64,000 bases of DNA, from contig CM060734.1 of NCBI GenBank assembly GCA_030704615.1, positions 56,482,001 to 56,546,000 of the forward strand, read 5' to 3'. The position numbers and the translations under genes are program-made. A model generated the notes under the pieces. That model ran no database searches. It was not told the origin of the DNA and saw only the letters and a program-made list of their open reading frames with translations. Of this stretch, positions 45,837 to 59,688 are shown in pieces (position 1 is the first letter of the stretch; each line of letters starts with the position of its first letter). Source of the DNA: Takakia lepidozioides. Its lineage: Eukaryota; Plantae; Bryophyta.

Positions 45837-47359
45837 TTCCTTGTGAACTATGCTCAAATCTGACAGACCAAAATGCACATAAACAGAGTGAAAGAAAGAG
45901 GCCTGAGGGCTAGAGAGGAGGATGATTGTTATTGGTGGCTCCAGGGACCTGAGTCAGGACCAGTGTGCTATCAACTCCAGTGGATAGCACTCTTCCTTTT
46001 ATTGTATGCAGATCTGACCTAACCCTAGGCAGATTCAAACCTACACACCACCACAAGGACCATAACTTCTGGAGCAAGAAATCCAACATTAGATCTGTAC
46101 CTAATGTAAACGATCAGGTGAAGCTCTACAATATGCTGACCATGCTCCTCTTGCTACACTCCAAGTTTTCTTGAGAAATACCACTGGCAGAAAGATAAAG
46201 CCAAAGTTTGGCTCACATGTGGAAAACACATCTTCTTATCCATAATCTGTGTGAAAAACCACAGCAACCTATTAAACAATTGTCATAACCCATTGATATC
46301 ACCCACCATGTACTGAAATCTCTGTAACTTGCTGAAACCGTATCTATAGGGACTTCGAAACAGAACGACCGTTTAGTATATAAGGACCTGTAGGCTATCT
46401 ACCTCCACCTACCTGTTCCCCGGATGCTCGACAATTCGATCAATATAACGCTGCCTCTTTCACCTACTCTTTGCTAAGAATCGGTCTCTATACGGATGTT
46501 AGCCACACGTCTTATGATTACATTCTAAACGGATGCAAACTCTTGGTGGACATTTGGATCCGCATTGAAACATAAACACGAACCTAACAAGAACCTAACA
46601 AGATGTACTACCAATCCCAAAATCAAGGGACTTACCAAAGGATTTCTTGGTTGATTCAGAGAGAGGGGTGTCTTGGACACGTCTCTTCACCATCACTGCT
46701 TGAGGGGTTGTACGAAGAAGTGAGCCACGCTCACTTCTTCCTGGCCCCACATCTTCCCAAGTGTCTAACTCACTTGCAACTCCATCGTTCCGTACCATTT
46801 GCATCTTGAGCTGAACACAACTGGGAAAGGAACACTGCTGGAGGGCTTCCAGGCTTTGGAAGTCACGAGACGGTAATTGCAAGACCTGAAGGGAAATTCT
46901 GAAGACGACAGACTTGCACTGGCGAAATGATCGAGCATTTCGGCATACCCAACGGCTGGTGAAAATGATCCAAGCGATCATGAGTAGAGATTTTGAGACA
47001 TAGTACGCTCTCACAGGCACAGGTCAGAATCTTCTGTGGGTCTGAGCTAAAGCCAGCCCTCAACACACCACCGTCCTCTCGCCTCAACTAGTCCCTTCCC
47101 TTTTCTTTCTTTCAGCGATCACGCAGTCTCTCTAGCAGACGCAGTGTACTTCTGCATATACTCGGTCAAACAGGTGTTTGTCTCCCGTGAGTAAAGCTTC
47201 ACTTGTCACCTTCCATTTTTCACTCTAAATTATTCCCCAGCCGGCCTGGGTGGGTCCCAAAGGACCCTTATTGTTTTCTTTTGTTGTTTTGCAAAGCCCT
47301 TTACAGGGGTCGCGGGAGCAGGAGGTGGTGTTCAAGCACCCCTCCTGCCCCTTGTAGGC

Positions 47360-47604
47360 AAGGTCAATCTTCGTACAGGGAACGAGGGACCCCTTGTGAG
47401 GCTCTCGCGAACCTGCAAAGATGCCACCATTTCCAACTCATCGCTAAAAGATGCCAACGTCTGCTAGGCATTCGTCAGAGCCACGTCCATGGACGCCAAC
47501 ACATCGGAAGCCCGCTTCAGTACGGCATCAAACTGTGCAAACAACTCCAACGCCCCTATCAATGCAACAGCAATCACGTCCTTGTGAGCAACACTTGAGG
47601 CCAT
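47360..47604 (-). pseudogene. Decayed helical-protein gene, copy A
   Basis: MASSVAHKDVIAVALIGALELFAQFDAVLKRASDVLASMDVALTNA*...ELEMVASLQVRESLTRGP with an in-frame TAG. TATA-like TATAATAAG upstream. Paralogous to 48475-48727. Confidence 0.5.
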
Positions 47605-48191
47605 TTTCAAAGAGCGCAACAAATTAATGGGGCCACCAAAGCCTCCTCTCTTATTATATGGATGGATGGATTTACACTGGATGGATGATTGGTCACTGTT
47701 GTTGTGCCTAGAACGACACATCACCAGAACAAATATGGCAAATCAATTGGAACACAAATGAACACTAAAAGTTATACGATGCATCTCAGCAATGTGCGTG
47801 ATGTGGCGTGTACATGTCACTCATGAAAATTCTGCATCATCCAAAACGACCATGGCTTATCAGCCCAACCCTAAACTGGAAAGTTGACATGCTGGATAAC
47901 GCCTTCCATGTATGCTGGCAATCAGACCCCATTGTTGGAAGAGCGAGAGTAGGAAGTTTACACAGGTTAAGGAATACATATACGTAATGCACTGCCGTGA
48001 GCATCTCGCGGACGTGGCAGGTTTTGATTGCGTAAGAGGAGGCCTGCTATTTCCTATACTATGTGTCCTCCTTTTCATCTCGTATTTTGTGTCCTTTGTG
48101 TGTCCTTTATGATGTGACAGGGCTGAAAGACCTACTCAGCAGGTCACTTTATGACCTGCTCCATCCTTAGCGACAGTGACATTACGTTCTG

Positions 48192-48310
48192 TAGCGCGCT
48201 GGAGCGCGGCCGCTACGGGCTGTAGCAGGTCGCTGTGACTGGCTCGACGCTCCCCTGTCGCCACGCACAGCTCCTGGTACGGTCCGCAGCGGCCGCGCTC
48301 CATTGCGCTA
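48192..48310. repeat. GC-rich fold-back inverted repeat
   Basis: TAGCGCGCTGGAGCGCGGCCGCTACGG pairs with CCGCAGCGGCCGCGCTCCATTGCGCTA at 24/27, and pairing continues inward. Confidence 0.75.
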
Positions 48311-48474
48311 TCTAGTACTTGGCGTACTGATAAATGACCATTTTTCATGGGAAGAGATCAAGTGGGCACGATCCTCTAACTTTTGCAGCTGCATATGCTT
48401 CAGTCACTGCTGCCTACATGTTCCAACCTGGATTGAGACAAAAGTTGGATTGGACGACAACATTCTTCGCAGCG

Positions 48475-48727
48475 GAACCAGGGACCCCTTGTGAGGCTCT
48501 CTCGAACCCGCAAAGATGCCACCACTTCCAATTCTTCCGTTGCCATCTTGAACGTTGCCATCTTGAACGATGCCAACACCCCTGACGCATTTTTCAGTGC
48601 CACATCCATAGATGCCAACACATCTAAAGCTTTTTGGAGTACGGCATTGAACCATGCAACTAAATCCCATGCCCTTGTCAATGCAACAGCGAGAGCGCAT
48701 CCTTGTGAGCAGCACACTCGAGTCCAT
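48475..48727 (-). pseudogene. Decayed helical-protein gene, copy B
   Basis: MDSSV..., then a frameshift to LAVALTRAWDLVAWFNAVLQKALDVLASMDVALKNA...ELEVVASLRVRESLTRGP. TATA-like ATAAATAG upstream and a 15-bp internal duplication (FKMAT twice). Confidence 0.5.
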
Positions 48728-49392
48728 TTCAAGAGCACAAGAGATAATGAGATACCAAGGCCCCCCTCTCTATTTATGCTGGCACATGGATGGATGGACA
48801 GGTCCATCCAACTTGGTTCATTTTACTCCCACCCTTTGCCGCGGACATCAAAGGGAGAACTTTGATGGCTCTGACGGACTTTTCAGCCATGTCCATTAGT
48901 AATCTTTGGTCATCTCTTGTAGTGAAATGTTTGTCACGAACTTAGTTTGCGATATGCTCGTGTTAGATACTCTACATAATGCTGGTGAGCAGGGTACTCT
49001 TGAAGTTCATGTAACTATGGGCAAGCTAGATAGCTTGAAGTTGGCCGACGATATGCTGATCATATGAGATATAAACTACAATGGAAAGACATACCATGAG
49101 AGATTGATGAACAATCTTTTGTACAATGTCAAACAAAGAATTACAGATGCGCAAATAAATGTTGTAAGTATGAGCACAATTTTTGAAAAATGAGTATGCC
49201 CATAATGCACGGATCATAGCTCCTTATCACCATAAGAGGAAACCAGGGGAGAGGGAGAGAGCAAAAGAGTGACTGTGAGAAGATGATTTCAGCTGGGCAT
49301 CCTGAAATGTTACACTACCTAATCCACACTGCTCCTGTGAAACGGCAGCAATGTAGTAACACCCCAAAAGCCAGTCCCATGCCTTATCCAAC

Positions 49393-52300
49393 TCACACGT
49401 CTTGTGATGCAGTAATGTACTTCTGCAGAGTTGAAATATCTAGTGCCTTGAATTCTTTCACAGCCTCCAACACAGCTGAGCCCAGTTTCACAGCAGCTTC
49501 ATGTGAAGGTGCCTACATCACATCAAGGATGCAGAATGATCAGTGACGAACTGGAAGAGATGTGTGTTAGTAAGAAGCATTTGCATGAGCAAAAGATCTG
49601 CTTGGTTTGCACAAAGAATTGCGCTACTCATCAAAATGCTTTCGGTGCAAACATGTCACCAGTCATACACAAACACCCACTGCAAAATAGCTAGATGACA
49701 CACCAAATTTTTGGAAAGAGACCAATGCACCTTCTGATAGAGCAAATACTACCAATGCCCAGCTTTTTTGGAGGGCAGCACATACCTCAATATTCAAAGG
49801 AAGGACAGGATCGTGTAATGACAGTCGCAAGAGGAACCAGCCACCATATCCTGACACTCGAAGCTGTCACTAAGCAGACACGGCAGCCACTGTTAACCGG
49901 TGTTTGTCTAGATCAAGGTCACACTTGGTGTTCCAACAGTAATCAAAACCATCTGTGGGTGCGATGGTGAACTAGTAGAAGGGCTTCTTCTAGGTGTGGC
50001 CCATTAACCCCTTTCACATTGCTTGTAAAAACACAAGTTAGACATGGGGACTATCTCATCACTATACAGTAGCTGGGAGGATCAATGGGTGTGGAAAGAT
50101 TATGCACTACCTGCCTAGTGAAAAAATCAAATCTCTCCCTCACTCATACATAAACGACACAGAATTCGCATAGGGGACTTTGGCCCTGGCTTCGATTCGG
50201 GGTCTGAAGTCAAATGTCCCTGCTTATGAATCTTTCAGAAAAATACCATAAACAGAATACAGAAGAACATGGTAAATCCTCACCCCTTCATAGTTGACGG
50301 CAGCCTTTTTCAGACTTGAATCAGACATCACCACACCGTCCAGGTGACTCAGGACTTGCTCTCCATAAGCTCTAAATCCCCTGAAGATATCCAGCAATGC
50401 TCCTCCATAAATACAAGTGACAGGCCAGGGAGTGTGCTCTATATCGTGCATGGGAACCTTCTGCAAGAGAACATCTTGTGATACGAGCACACCTCGTCTT
50501 TTGTGAGTCCCTTCAGTGTTTATACTTTTTCAGGTTATACCCATGGGAAAATATGAGCAAATATGAGAAACTTCTTTCAAAGACACTCAACTATACATCA
50601 TCAAGGATCTTTCAACTGCCTGAGAGACAGGTCTAGAAACTAGATTATCTTGTTATTTTATTCTTAATTCCAAAACATGTAGAAAAACCCTTTCTACAAA
50701 ACATCAGAGAGCTGGAATATATGCAAGGGCGCTATAATATGAGGTCGTTAGAAAAATGCTCATGCATCCAACAGTCCCAGTGCAATGCATGAAGATATAT
50801 CCAGGCCAAAATGTCAGGAATTGCTTCAAAGAGGATCAAGTACCGTGTGCCAACATCAGAATGAGACTGGTCAATCTTGAACCTCAACTCAAGAGCTACA
50901 TCGGCTTCCGTGAGCTCCCCGATAAGATCAGAGAGCACTTGGCTACCATGACCTTCCCCTGCAGCCTTGGCAGCTGCTAGCTTTATCAACAATTTCACCT
51001 GCCAACATAAGCTTTCAGTTCAAGCTCTATGACAAGATGCTCATTTCTTCTAGCTGATGGATTGGATAGTGCTTCTCCACTGCACCTCAGGTAATCAGGC
51101 TGCCCAGTTCCTAAGAGTTCTTATGTAGCAATTACACAACAAAAGTTTAGAGGAGTTTAGAAGGCCCTCCTGTATCCACCAAGGTACAGAACTACAATGG
51201 CAGAGTGGCACTCTACCATCCCCAGAACACCCTCCTTTTCATGCTATTCTTGAATGTGTTATTCCTTTTCTCCCTGTTTCATTTCAGCAACCACCCCTCC
51301 ACTTAGGAAACAGAAACGACACAAGTCTCTGGAAGCTTCGAGAGGATGACATTATAGTTTGCACTTCATCCTCATTATAGAGCCAAAACTGTCACTGAAC
51401 GTCTTAGTTAAATTACTTGAGGTGTCACAAAAATACTCGTGAGGATCAGGCTTAACACACCATGAGATAGGCGCCATCGTCCAGCCAGTGGTTCTCCTTA
51501 AGAGCGCCATGTCCACTTGTCTCAATCGCCAGGTGCGCCTCCTCTCCAACCTTATTCTATATCAAGGAATGACTACGGTAAATTTGGAAGAGAATGTACT
51601 CATGAGATGTTTGCTGCTCAGTTTGGGCAGAAGAGAGCATATATGAAATGCATTTTGGAGCATTAGCAAGAGTAGTTGTCTAGCCAAGCTTCTGAAACTT
51701 ATAAGAAAAATTCATTTTACTGAAGTTTACACAGAATTAACCTTATTCAAGTACAAGTAGCAGCAGATCACAGAGGCCAATAACCAAATGCCAGCCATGA
51801 AGGATAGGATAGAAGAACCACAAACCAGGCGAATGCCTTCATCTATCACATTTTTGTAGCCCCTCTTGAAGCGGTGATGTTTCCCACCTGCTCTCATTCA
51901 AAGACACGCAGACATTAAATTCACTGTTTGATTGTGTCATCAGAATTTCCCACCAGTGTCAAGCAAATACTACTGGCAGACTCCAGGTCTGCCAGTATGT
52001 AAGGGTACACAAACTACAGCCATCTTTCCAAATAAGTATATGAAGCTCATTATATCTGGACTTAATTTATATGAAGATACATGTAAACCAAAACTCACCA
52101 AGCTTATCTTCAATGAAAGTGGTCAGGCCATCAGACGTCACGCTGTCAGTCACAATTGTTGTCCCTGGATGCTAGGTACAGCAATGCAGAGTCCAGAACT
52201 CAGAGCCTTTACAAGCCCTTCTCATGACCATCTTGTCTTTACTTAATCCTACAAAAATTTCGCCAGGCAAGTGAAAGGAGCCAGTATTCCACTTGCAAGA

Positions 52301-55300
52301 CTTCACAATGCTAAGTCGAAAGGGACAACTGGGATCCACCAAGCATTACCATGGACACAAAAGTTCTGGGCTTGCCACACTTCATGGCTTCACAGTGATG
52401 ACAATCATAAGTCCTCCTTGTGAACCTGATGATTCACTAAAACTTGGGCTATTTAAACAGCATAAGGCTTTGCTTGAAGAAAAATAGGAACATTATAGGA
52501 TGCCAAATATGTGGCACACACTGTTCTTGTAATCTTTTGGAGCCTTACGGCCTGGAAACAAGAAGAGAGATGAGCCTCACCTCTACTAACACAATTGCAG
52601 ACATGAGCGCAATGAGGCGATTGCGGTTCAACTCTCTGCCACTAGAATCTACAGCAGCAGCCCTGCCAGGTCAGCCACTTATACTTCATCAGACATTGGC
52701 ACCACAAATCATACTCCTAGCCTAGACAGTTTACTTCCTTGTATCATGGTTGTGCTGCTACTCCCACCCTGCTAGCATCACATTACTCAAATAGTAGAAG
52801 CGGAAGAAAAAGAAGATCCAGTACGTCTACCAGGAGAAACTTTACAAAGGGCTACAGTGGTCCCTGAGGGCCTGTGGGAGAGAGAGAGAATGTACTCATA
52901 AGACGTCCTTTGCCATAGAGAGAGAGTGGGAGCTCCACAAATTGAATAAGACAGTAGTGGAAGTTGACTGACCTGTCAACGTCAGTATCAAAGATGATGC
53001 CCAGGTCTGCCTTGTGCTCCAGAACTGCACGAGTAATGGATTCCATTGCTTCTTTGTCCTCAGGGTTAGGGATGTGATTTGGAAACATTCCTGCCCGCCG
53101 ATAAGGAAACATGTGCAGAACAAAAACCAATTACATCACAACATCCAACCAACCCCACCATCTTTCTGCAGCCTATCACAGACTATTCTTTTAACTCCAA
53201 ATCAACAGCTAGGGCTAGTGTGTACACATCTGGAAAATACACAATTGATTGGTCATGCTCTTAGGCGCTGCTAATGCAGATGACCAGCTAGAGCTGTTGT
53301 AAAGAGTACAACCCAGTAGCTACTCAAACATTCTTGCAGATTGTGAACCAATAACCATGCCAGAATATGCATCTCACAACTCCACACTTGCTGCTAACTG
53401 ACAAAACTATGCCCATACCATCGGGCTCCAAGAACTGGCTCCCAGTAGTAACTGCTCCCAGGGGCTCCAGCACCTTTCCCTGCATCCAGGCCAATATGCC
53501 TTTCAAAATGTTGGACCTACAAAACAAACGGAACTTTTGGAAAAAAAACTCTCACAACCTTTGATTTTGGTTTCTTATGCTCAAATCTGACTTATGATTG
53601 AACTGCACTTCACGACACAATATGTGACTGTGTGCACATCCAAGGGAAGGACGTTAAGAGTGTAATGCACTCGTGTAACAGAACCCTTTAAAGATTAATA
53701 AATCAATACCTAACTACCCTCGCCATTTACATCACCCATATGCTGACCAGATCCCGTGTCTTCCAAAAACCGCAGATATGACTCATGTAAGAGAATGCCT
53801 GCCAATGACCCTGATACTGCACCTCAAGACTAAACCTTTTCCAGTATGTTGTGACTCCCATTTTGGGATGAAGAACACAGAGAAGAGCATCACGGCTTTC
53901 AAAGAAATCAAGAGAGTCAGGCACATACAGGAAAAAACCCTCCTGCTCCATTGCCTGCATCCACGACTATGTGAAACCCCTCCAGCGGCCGCTCTGAAGA
54001 GGGACAACACAAAGGGCAACTCAGTTTACGTGCTGATTGAGTATCCAATACTACACACAGAATGTCAAATGGCTCCTAATGAGGAAGGCCAAGATGTTCA
54101 GGTGGCAGAACAAGTGAGTTTGCTGCAGTGCAGTTGAGCAATCACAACAACCCAATGTGCCTCTCAATGAGCAGGCCTCTGTTGAGCTTGCTTTGGAGAC
54201 TCTGTAGAGAAATAGCAGCAACTTCTACAGCTAGCATCATCCTAAACCCAAATGCTGTGCAAATGAATGTGCATATGGACAACCTTGACCTGTATCTCAT
54301 GGATGCCAATAATAATTGTCACTAGACTTCTAGCAAGCAATTATGTTACATACTACTGAAAGTGATCCTCCCTCAATTCAACCCAAACCCACAAACCTCC
54401 CCAACTTCCTTTTTTCTCTGGCTCGTATTGGGTCCAGCCTCCCACATGCTTACCCTTTCCTCCTGCTCCTCTACGAACTGCATTTGCCAGGTCTGAAGTG
54501 TACTGCTCCATATAATCCACCTCCTGAGCCACTTTTGTTGCAACACCGGCCGCAGTTTTAGTGCTACTTTCAGAAAGGGCAGAGTGTATTTTTGTTGCCC
54601 TTGTTAAGATGTCACTGATGTCGGTTTTCCCGAGACCCCCCTCATTGGTGAAGAACTTCAACCCATTTCTGTTCCATGGAAGATGACTAGCTGTAAAACA
54701 TTCAAGAGGCAAAATAATTTAGGCACCGTACAGTCATCAACAAGTACAGAGCACAACCTGAAACTCACCCAAAAATCCAGAGCCTTTCATGGAGCTCCTG
54801 CAGGAGGGTTGCAAGAGACCTGATAAGACTGAAACTCTGTTATAGGGCTCGTGCTGGCCTGCACAGGAGGACAAACACCCATGCACGATCTATCCTGGAG
54901 ATGTAACACAAAAACAAGTTTGTTCTTCAATGAAAGTAGCTTGGCTCAGCATGAACCTTTGTCCCAGATTTTGGTTTGAGCCTACATTTTGACAAATGTG
55001 ATTTCTTCGACAATGACATATACCTGGATGTCATACAATCAATCTCCTCTCCAATTTGTGATTGTGCACATTGATGTTACGTTGAAACACCAGCTACGTC
55101 CCAGGCCTAACGAGTGCAGGTCGCAGGCAAAAGCTTGTTTTGAAAAAATAATGCAGATGACATCACAACATCACTAGCGAAACTCAGGACTAATGCAGCT
55201 GTCGTGATCAGCTCTAAGCCCTAACCCAATGTAGAAGCATATAGCTTTGCAGTTTGGCTACATGATTTGACAACAAACCTCAAACTCACTTCTCCAACCA

Positions 55301-57829
55301 CACAGCCAGAGGATCGAAGAGGGACCTGTGATCATGATTGACCCATTTACAGGGCACAAAATCTCTTCCTGGTCTGTGATAGTGCTGTTGAACATTGCCG
55401 GTGTTGATGCCAGCCTGTCCATCAATACCATGACAGAAGAGGGTTTTGTTCAGAGTGGCTTGAGTGGTACCTGGAGCAAAAACCTAACTCTTTCATCTGC
55501 TACTGGCTTCTGATCAAGAATGTCTGGCTCAACCAAACATTGCCATCAAAAACTGCAGCTAACATTGTCCAAAAGAAAGACTGTACCATATCATAACAGA
55601 TGGAGGAGGCTCCACCTTTGTGTTTTCAGCGAGGTATTTGTTCCCTAACAGACTTCCCTAACAGCTTCCACTTCCCTTCATCATGTCGTGGCTTCTTGAT
55701 GGTTGGTCCAAGGGATATCCCAAGCTGAGAAATCCTAAAACATGATAGAGAATTAGTGCAAAACGTACTGAAAAACCAAGAGCCAATCCTTCCATGAAAC
55801 ACTTACCCATATAGAACAACATCCAATCCAGCCCCGGCAATACCCCGTGCTGCGGCTGCCTGCACAACAATACACAGCAAATTCAAATTGCAAGGTCACC
55901 TTTCCAGCAAGCTTTTACCATTCCTTACCTGAGAGTTAAGCAGTAACTAGATGGCAATCCTTCACCACTTGCAGCCATTGGCAATGGTTGCTGTCAAGCC
56001 ATAGATGGTGAGTCCAACAACTCCTTATGCAGCCTTGTGCCACTGATCCAACTACTCCTAGAGTGGCTGTAAGGCATTCTCAGGTGCCTTCTCTGCTCTG
56101 AGCCCTCCCAGGAACACTTAACTAGCAAGTGTCAATGAGGACCATGGAAAGGAATGGTGTTGACTGCTCTAAGAAAACAGATAACTTAGCCCACCACACA
56201 GAGATCAAGCATGCATGGCCCAATATTGAGCCCAAGGGCCCAGTGACATGTACGCTGTGAAAAGGAAGTCACTGACACACCAAAAATTTACGCTGTGCAA
56301 GACAATGCTCTCATCACAGCATACTCAACTCACAAGTTTTAGATTATATGATACTACATTTGAAGTCCATGATATTCCAAAATGCAAATGTCATGGTTTG
56401 AAAGATTTAGCATGGAGTGTTGTGCACACCTGGAGAGACTCAGCAGATATTCTGGAGTCATGGCCAATAGAGACACGTAGCCGGGTCGTAAAATCTGAGT
56501 TCTTTTTATCAAGTAACCATGCTGCAAAAGCTGCAGCAATGGCCTCAGTGGCAGCTTCAGTCAGATTGACCTCTTCCCCCTCCACACCAGATACTGCCAC
56601 TCCTCGTATATCACTGCAAAACCCCCATGTCAGCAGATGATGTCCTGTCAAGTCCAAAATGCTGCCAAATAATTCACTCAAGACCACCAAAAACTTGTCA
56701 TCTGAGAAAAGTAGCTGTTGGTTGGGTATGGCCTGTAACCATTTAGTCGACACACTCTTATGGGAGAAAGAACTGACTTTCCTTGCCTTGTACTCAGGAA
56801 CTTAAGAAACTGTTCATAGGCTCCATGCCTACTGGCGTTAGGGGGACGAGAGGACAGCAGAACTAAGTGCACTACCAATGCAGACTCTTCACTCCATGGG
56901 AGTTACCTTAAAAGATGTTGTTGATTGAGATGTTGCAAATTTTCCCAAGAAACTAGAATAAATTTGACAAGAGTAATCACGGATACAAGGATGGCCACAG
57001 CTTTTCACATTGTCTGCAGCTTCTAGAAAAAAAGAGCAAAGAATGATCCTTCTCCATTTCAGGCTTTCACCCTCCAGCTACCCCTTATATTTTGCAGCCT
57101 GAAGCTACAATATCAACTACTTAGAGTTCTGCTAGCCCATCTTAACAACCTTAAGAGCTAGTAGGTGCCCCTTATACACATAAACGGCACTATTAAATGC
57201 AAAAATCAAAGTGATGTTGGGAGTGCCAAAAAAAGACAAAAAGAGGGCAACTAGCCATATCAGCAAAGCAAAGCTGCAGTACCAACATACCTGCCATTTT
57301 GAAGCTTCTTGAAATCTATCTTTGCTGCCAGGGTAGATTCACTCCCTGTTGAAACGGCAGCTGCAATACTCACCTAACCATGGTTAGTGCTTGAATGATG
57401 GTTCTTGATACCACATAGTTTGAACATGCAAGAAGGCAAGCAAGAATGACAGGTTCATAAACATTATCTTTCTCTTTGCTGTTTGTTATAATGTTTATGA
57501 AACACATTCATTAAGAAATTGTAAGGTATAAGACTGGTATAAGACTGTGAATTATGTATGAGAACATGAGAAAGGTTGCACTAACCACGTGTTATCATTT
57601 TAAGATTGCTGCTACTCCCACAAGGCAGGGTAGGTAACACAAGGTTCCCTGCAAAACCACGGCCACTGCAAAGAAGTTTTGTTGCAGGATTGATTCGCAA
57701 ATTCCGGAGGCCTGAAGAGGGGAAGCCCTCAATTTTGGCCTTGCTACAAACTTCACTCGGAAAGGTGCAAGCAGGGAATGATGGCTTCCACAGCTGCCAC
57801 AGAGAAGCTGCACAGTACCCCACCATCAT
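49393..57829 (-). CDS. Alpha-D-phosphohexomutase (PMM/PGM, phosphoglucosamine mutase family; At5g17530-like), probably plastid-targeted, 627 aa
   Basis: Exons 57586-57829, 57291-57360, 56430-56613, 55807-55859, 55326-55414, 54454-54690, 53929-53993, 53419-53479, 52973-53090, 52581-52662, 52099-52171, 51826-51887, 51461-51556, 50844-50998, 50284-50380, 49786-49863 and 49393-49512 join in frame. Motifs LQNGSDIRG, GHDSR, ITASHLP (catalytic Ser), DAGNGAGG, FDTDVDR (metal loop) and IETSGH. The start codon is less certain than the rest. Confidence 0.92.
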
Positions 57830-59688
57830 TCCAATATTGTTAGTGACTCTAGTTCCGCTACTGCAACCAGAACTCCCACTCCAGTCAATTGGCAAATCAA
57901 AGACCTGCTCCAGGGTTCACAAAACCTTTGCATGCAGGTGTCCATGCGGATTCAGTCTGACCACCAATACTGAAGTGATATCCAGGTACTAGGAGCAACA
58001 TGCAAGAGCAAACCCAGGCTGGCAGCGCTGGCAGTGTTTTTCAGTCAACAAGGAGCGGGAGCTGCAAACTGACGTCGATCGGCAGAGGAGGATTTTGGCT
58101 GCATAATAAAATCCAATGCGATAGTCAAATTGGGTAACTGGTCGTGAATCATCAGGTTCGCAGGCCTTGTCAAATGAGAACCTGTGCGCTCTCCAAACTG
58201 ACTGCATTCGTCTCCACAGACTGTCACCTCTACGACTAACTGCGATCGTAGTCACCACATGACATGGTGTAAGCCACACCTGGCTTCTGGAAGAACTAGT
58301 AAGCTGATGGATGTGCACAAGCTGAGTAAGATCACCAGCGATAATTTAGACGTCGAATTCATCTTACAGCAATTTCCGTGTTCTTAACTTACTGAGTCTG
58401 AGAAAACTCTTCACCACTCAATTCCATACCTGCATGAGACTGCTGTACCTCATCTCATTCACAGATGACAGACACTGAAAAAGCACGACCCATCATGTAC
58501 ACCCCAGAGTACGGCAACTCAACGACCAACACAGCAGATGCATTGAATGCTTTTGAAACCCAATAGCCAAAACGAGCACTAAACAACGAGGGAAGAAAGT
58601 ATTCCTACAAGCCATGGTTGATCATTCACTGGTGGGTGGTATGTCCCTCGATCCAAGCACGCTCCCCTCGCACCCTGTGTGCGTTGGCGTGGGGGGAGGA
58701 CTGGGCTGCGAGAAGACAATGGTACACGACTGCCAGGTGTGTGTCGCATGCCATGCCTACTACTTAACACTAGAAATCTAGAATCATGCCAGTTGTGCCA
58801 GGGACTGCAATGGATCCACAACAGATGGACTCGCACAATGATAATATAAGAACAGCCGTCATTTCCAGTACATTACGCACATGAAACTCTGTAATGGAAC
58901 CTCCAAAGGTCGGAAATGGTATGAGACCTTTTCAGATAGAGAGTTTTGCAGTTGCAGGGAGAGAGAGGCCAAGTCTTGGCCATCTTATTTTGTTATGGAA
59001 GTAGTTTTCCTGGTCAAGCTCTCCTCATTACAGTAAAGGGGGTAAAGCCATGAAGATAGGTAAGCTGATGAAACTATGTATGTAGCTTGAAGGATTGAAA
59101 GCTTTGCTTCTGTGTTACTGTGCTGCTTGCACAAATCGTGTGCACAGTAGTATCCTAATTTTAACCTGTAATGAAAGCTGCTGAGATTCCAGAATGGGCT
59201 GCATATTTCCTCACTAAACCTCATTGACATGTATCATAAGCTGCAATGTCTAAAATTACAACAGCGTTCTTGCCACCACCTGTCACGCCCACCAGCTGCG
59301 ATATGAAGCCTTATTCTACCACATTCTAAACACGAGTCCAAATCAAGAAGCACAGCAAAAGTTATACTGGGGTTCGGAAAGGCACATGCTACATATAAAC
59401 ACCCATTACAAAAATGTCTCATCTATGATCTGTAGAAGTACATGAACTTTCAATATTTGAAAGAAGATGCGCACTTGATTACCCAGAAATGTTTACTCCC
59501 GAAGTTGTTGGTTTATCTTATTTACAGGCATTGGAATGCCTTCCGCACCATCAAATACACACCTCAAACAGCTTATGGATCTCTAACCAGACATAAGGTG
59601 GGTATCTAGCTAAAGCTGTTGAGCTGCAGGCAACACCTGTGGATGACAATTCAGGATCTGGAGATATTCACATGTTATTTGCAGTGGA

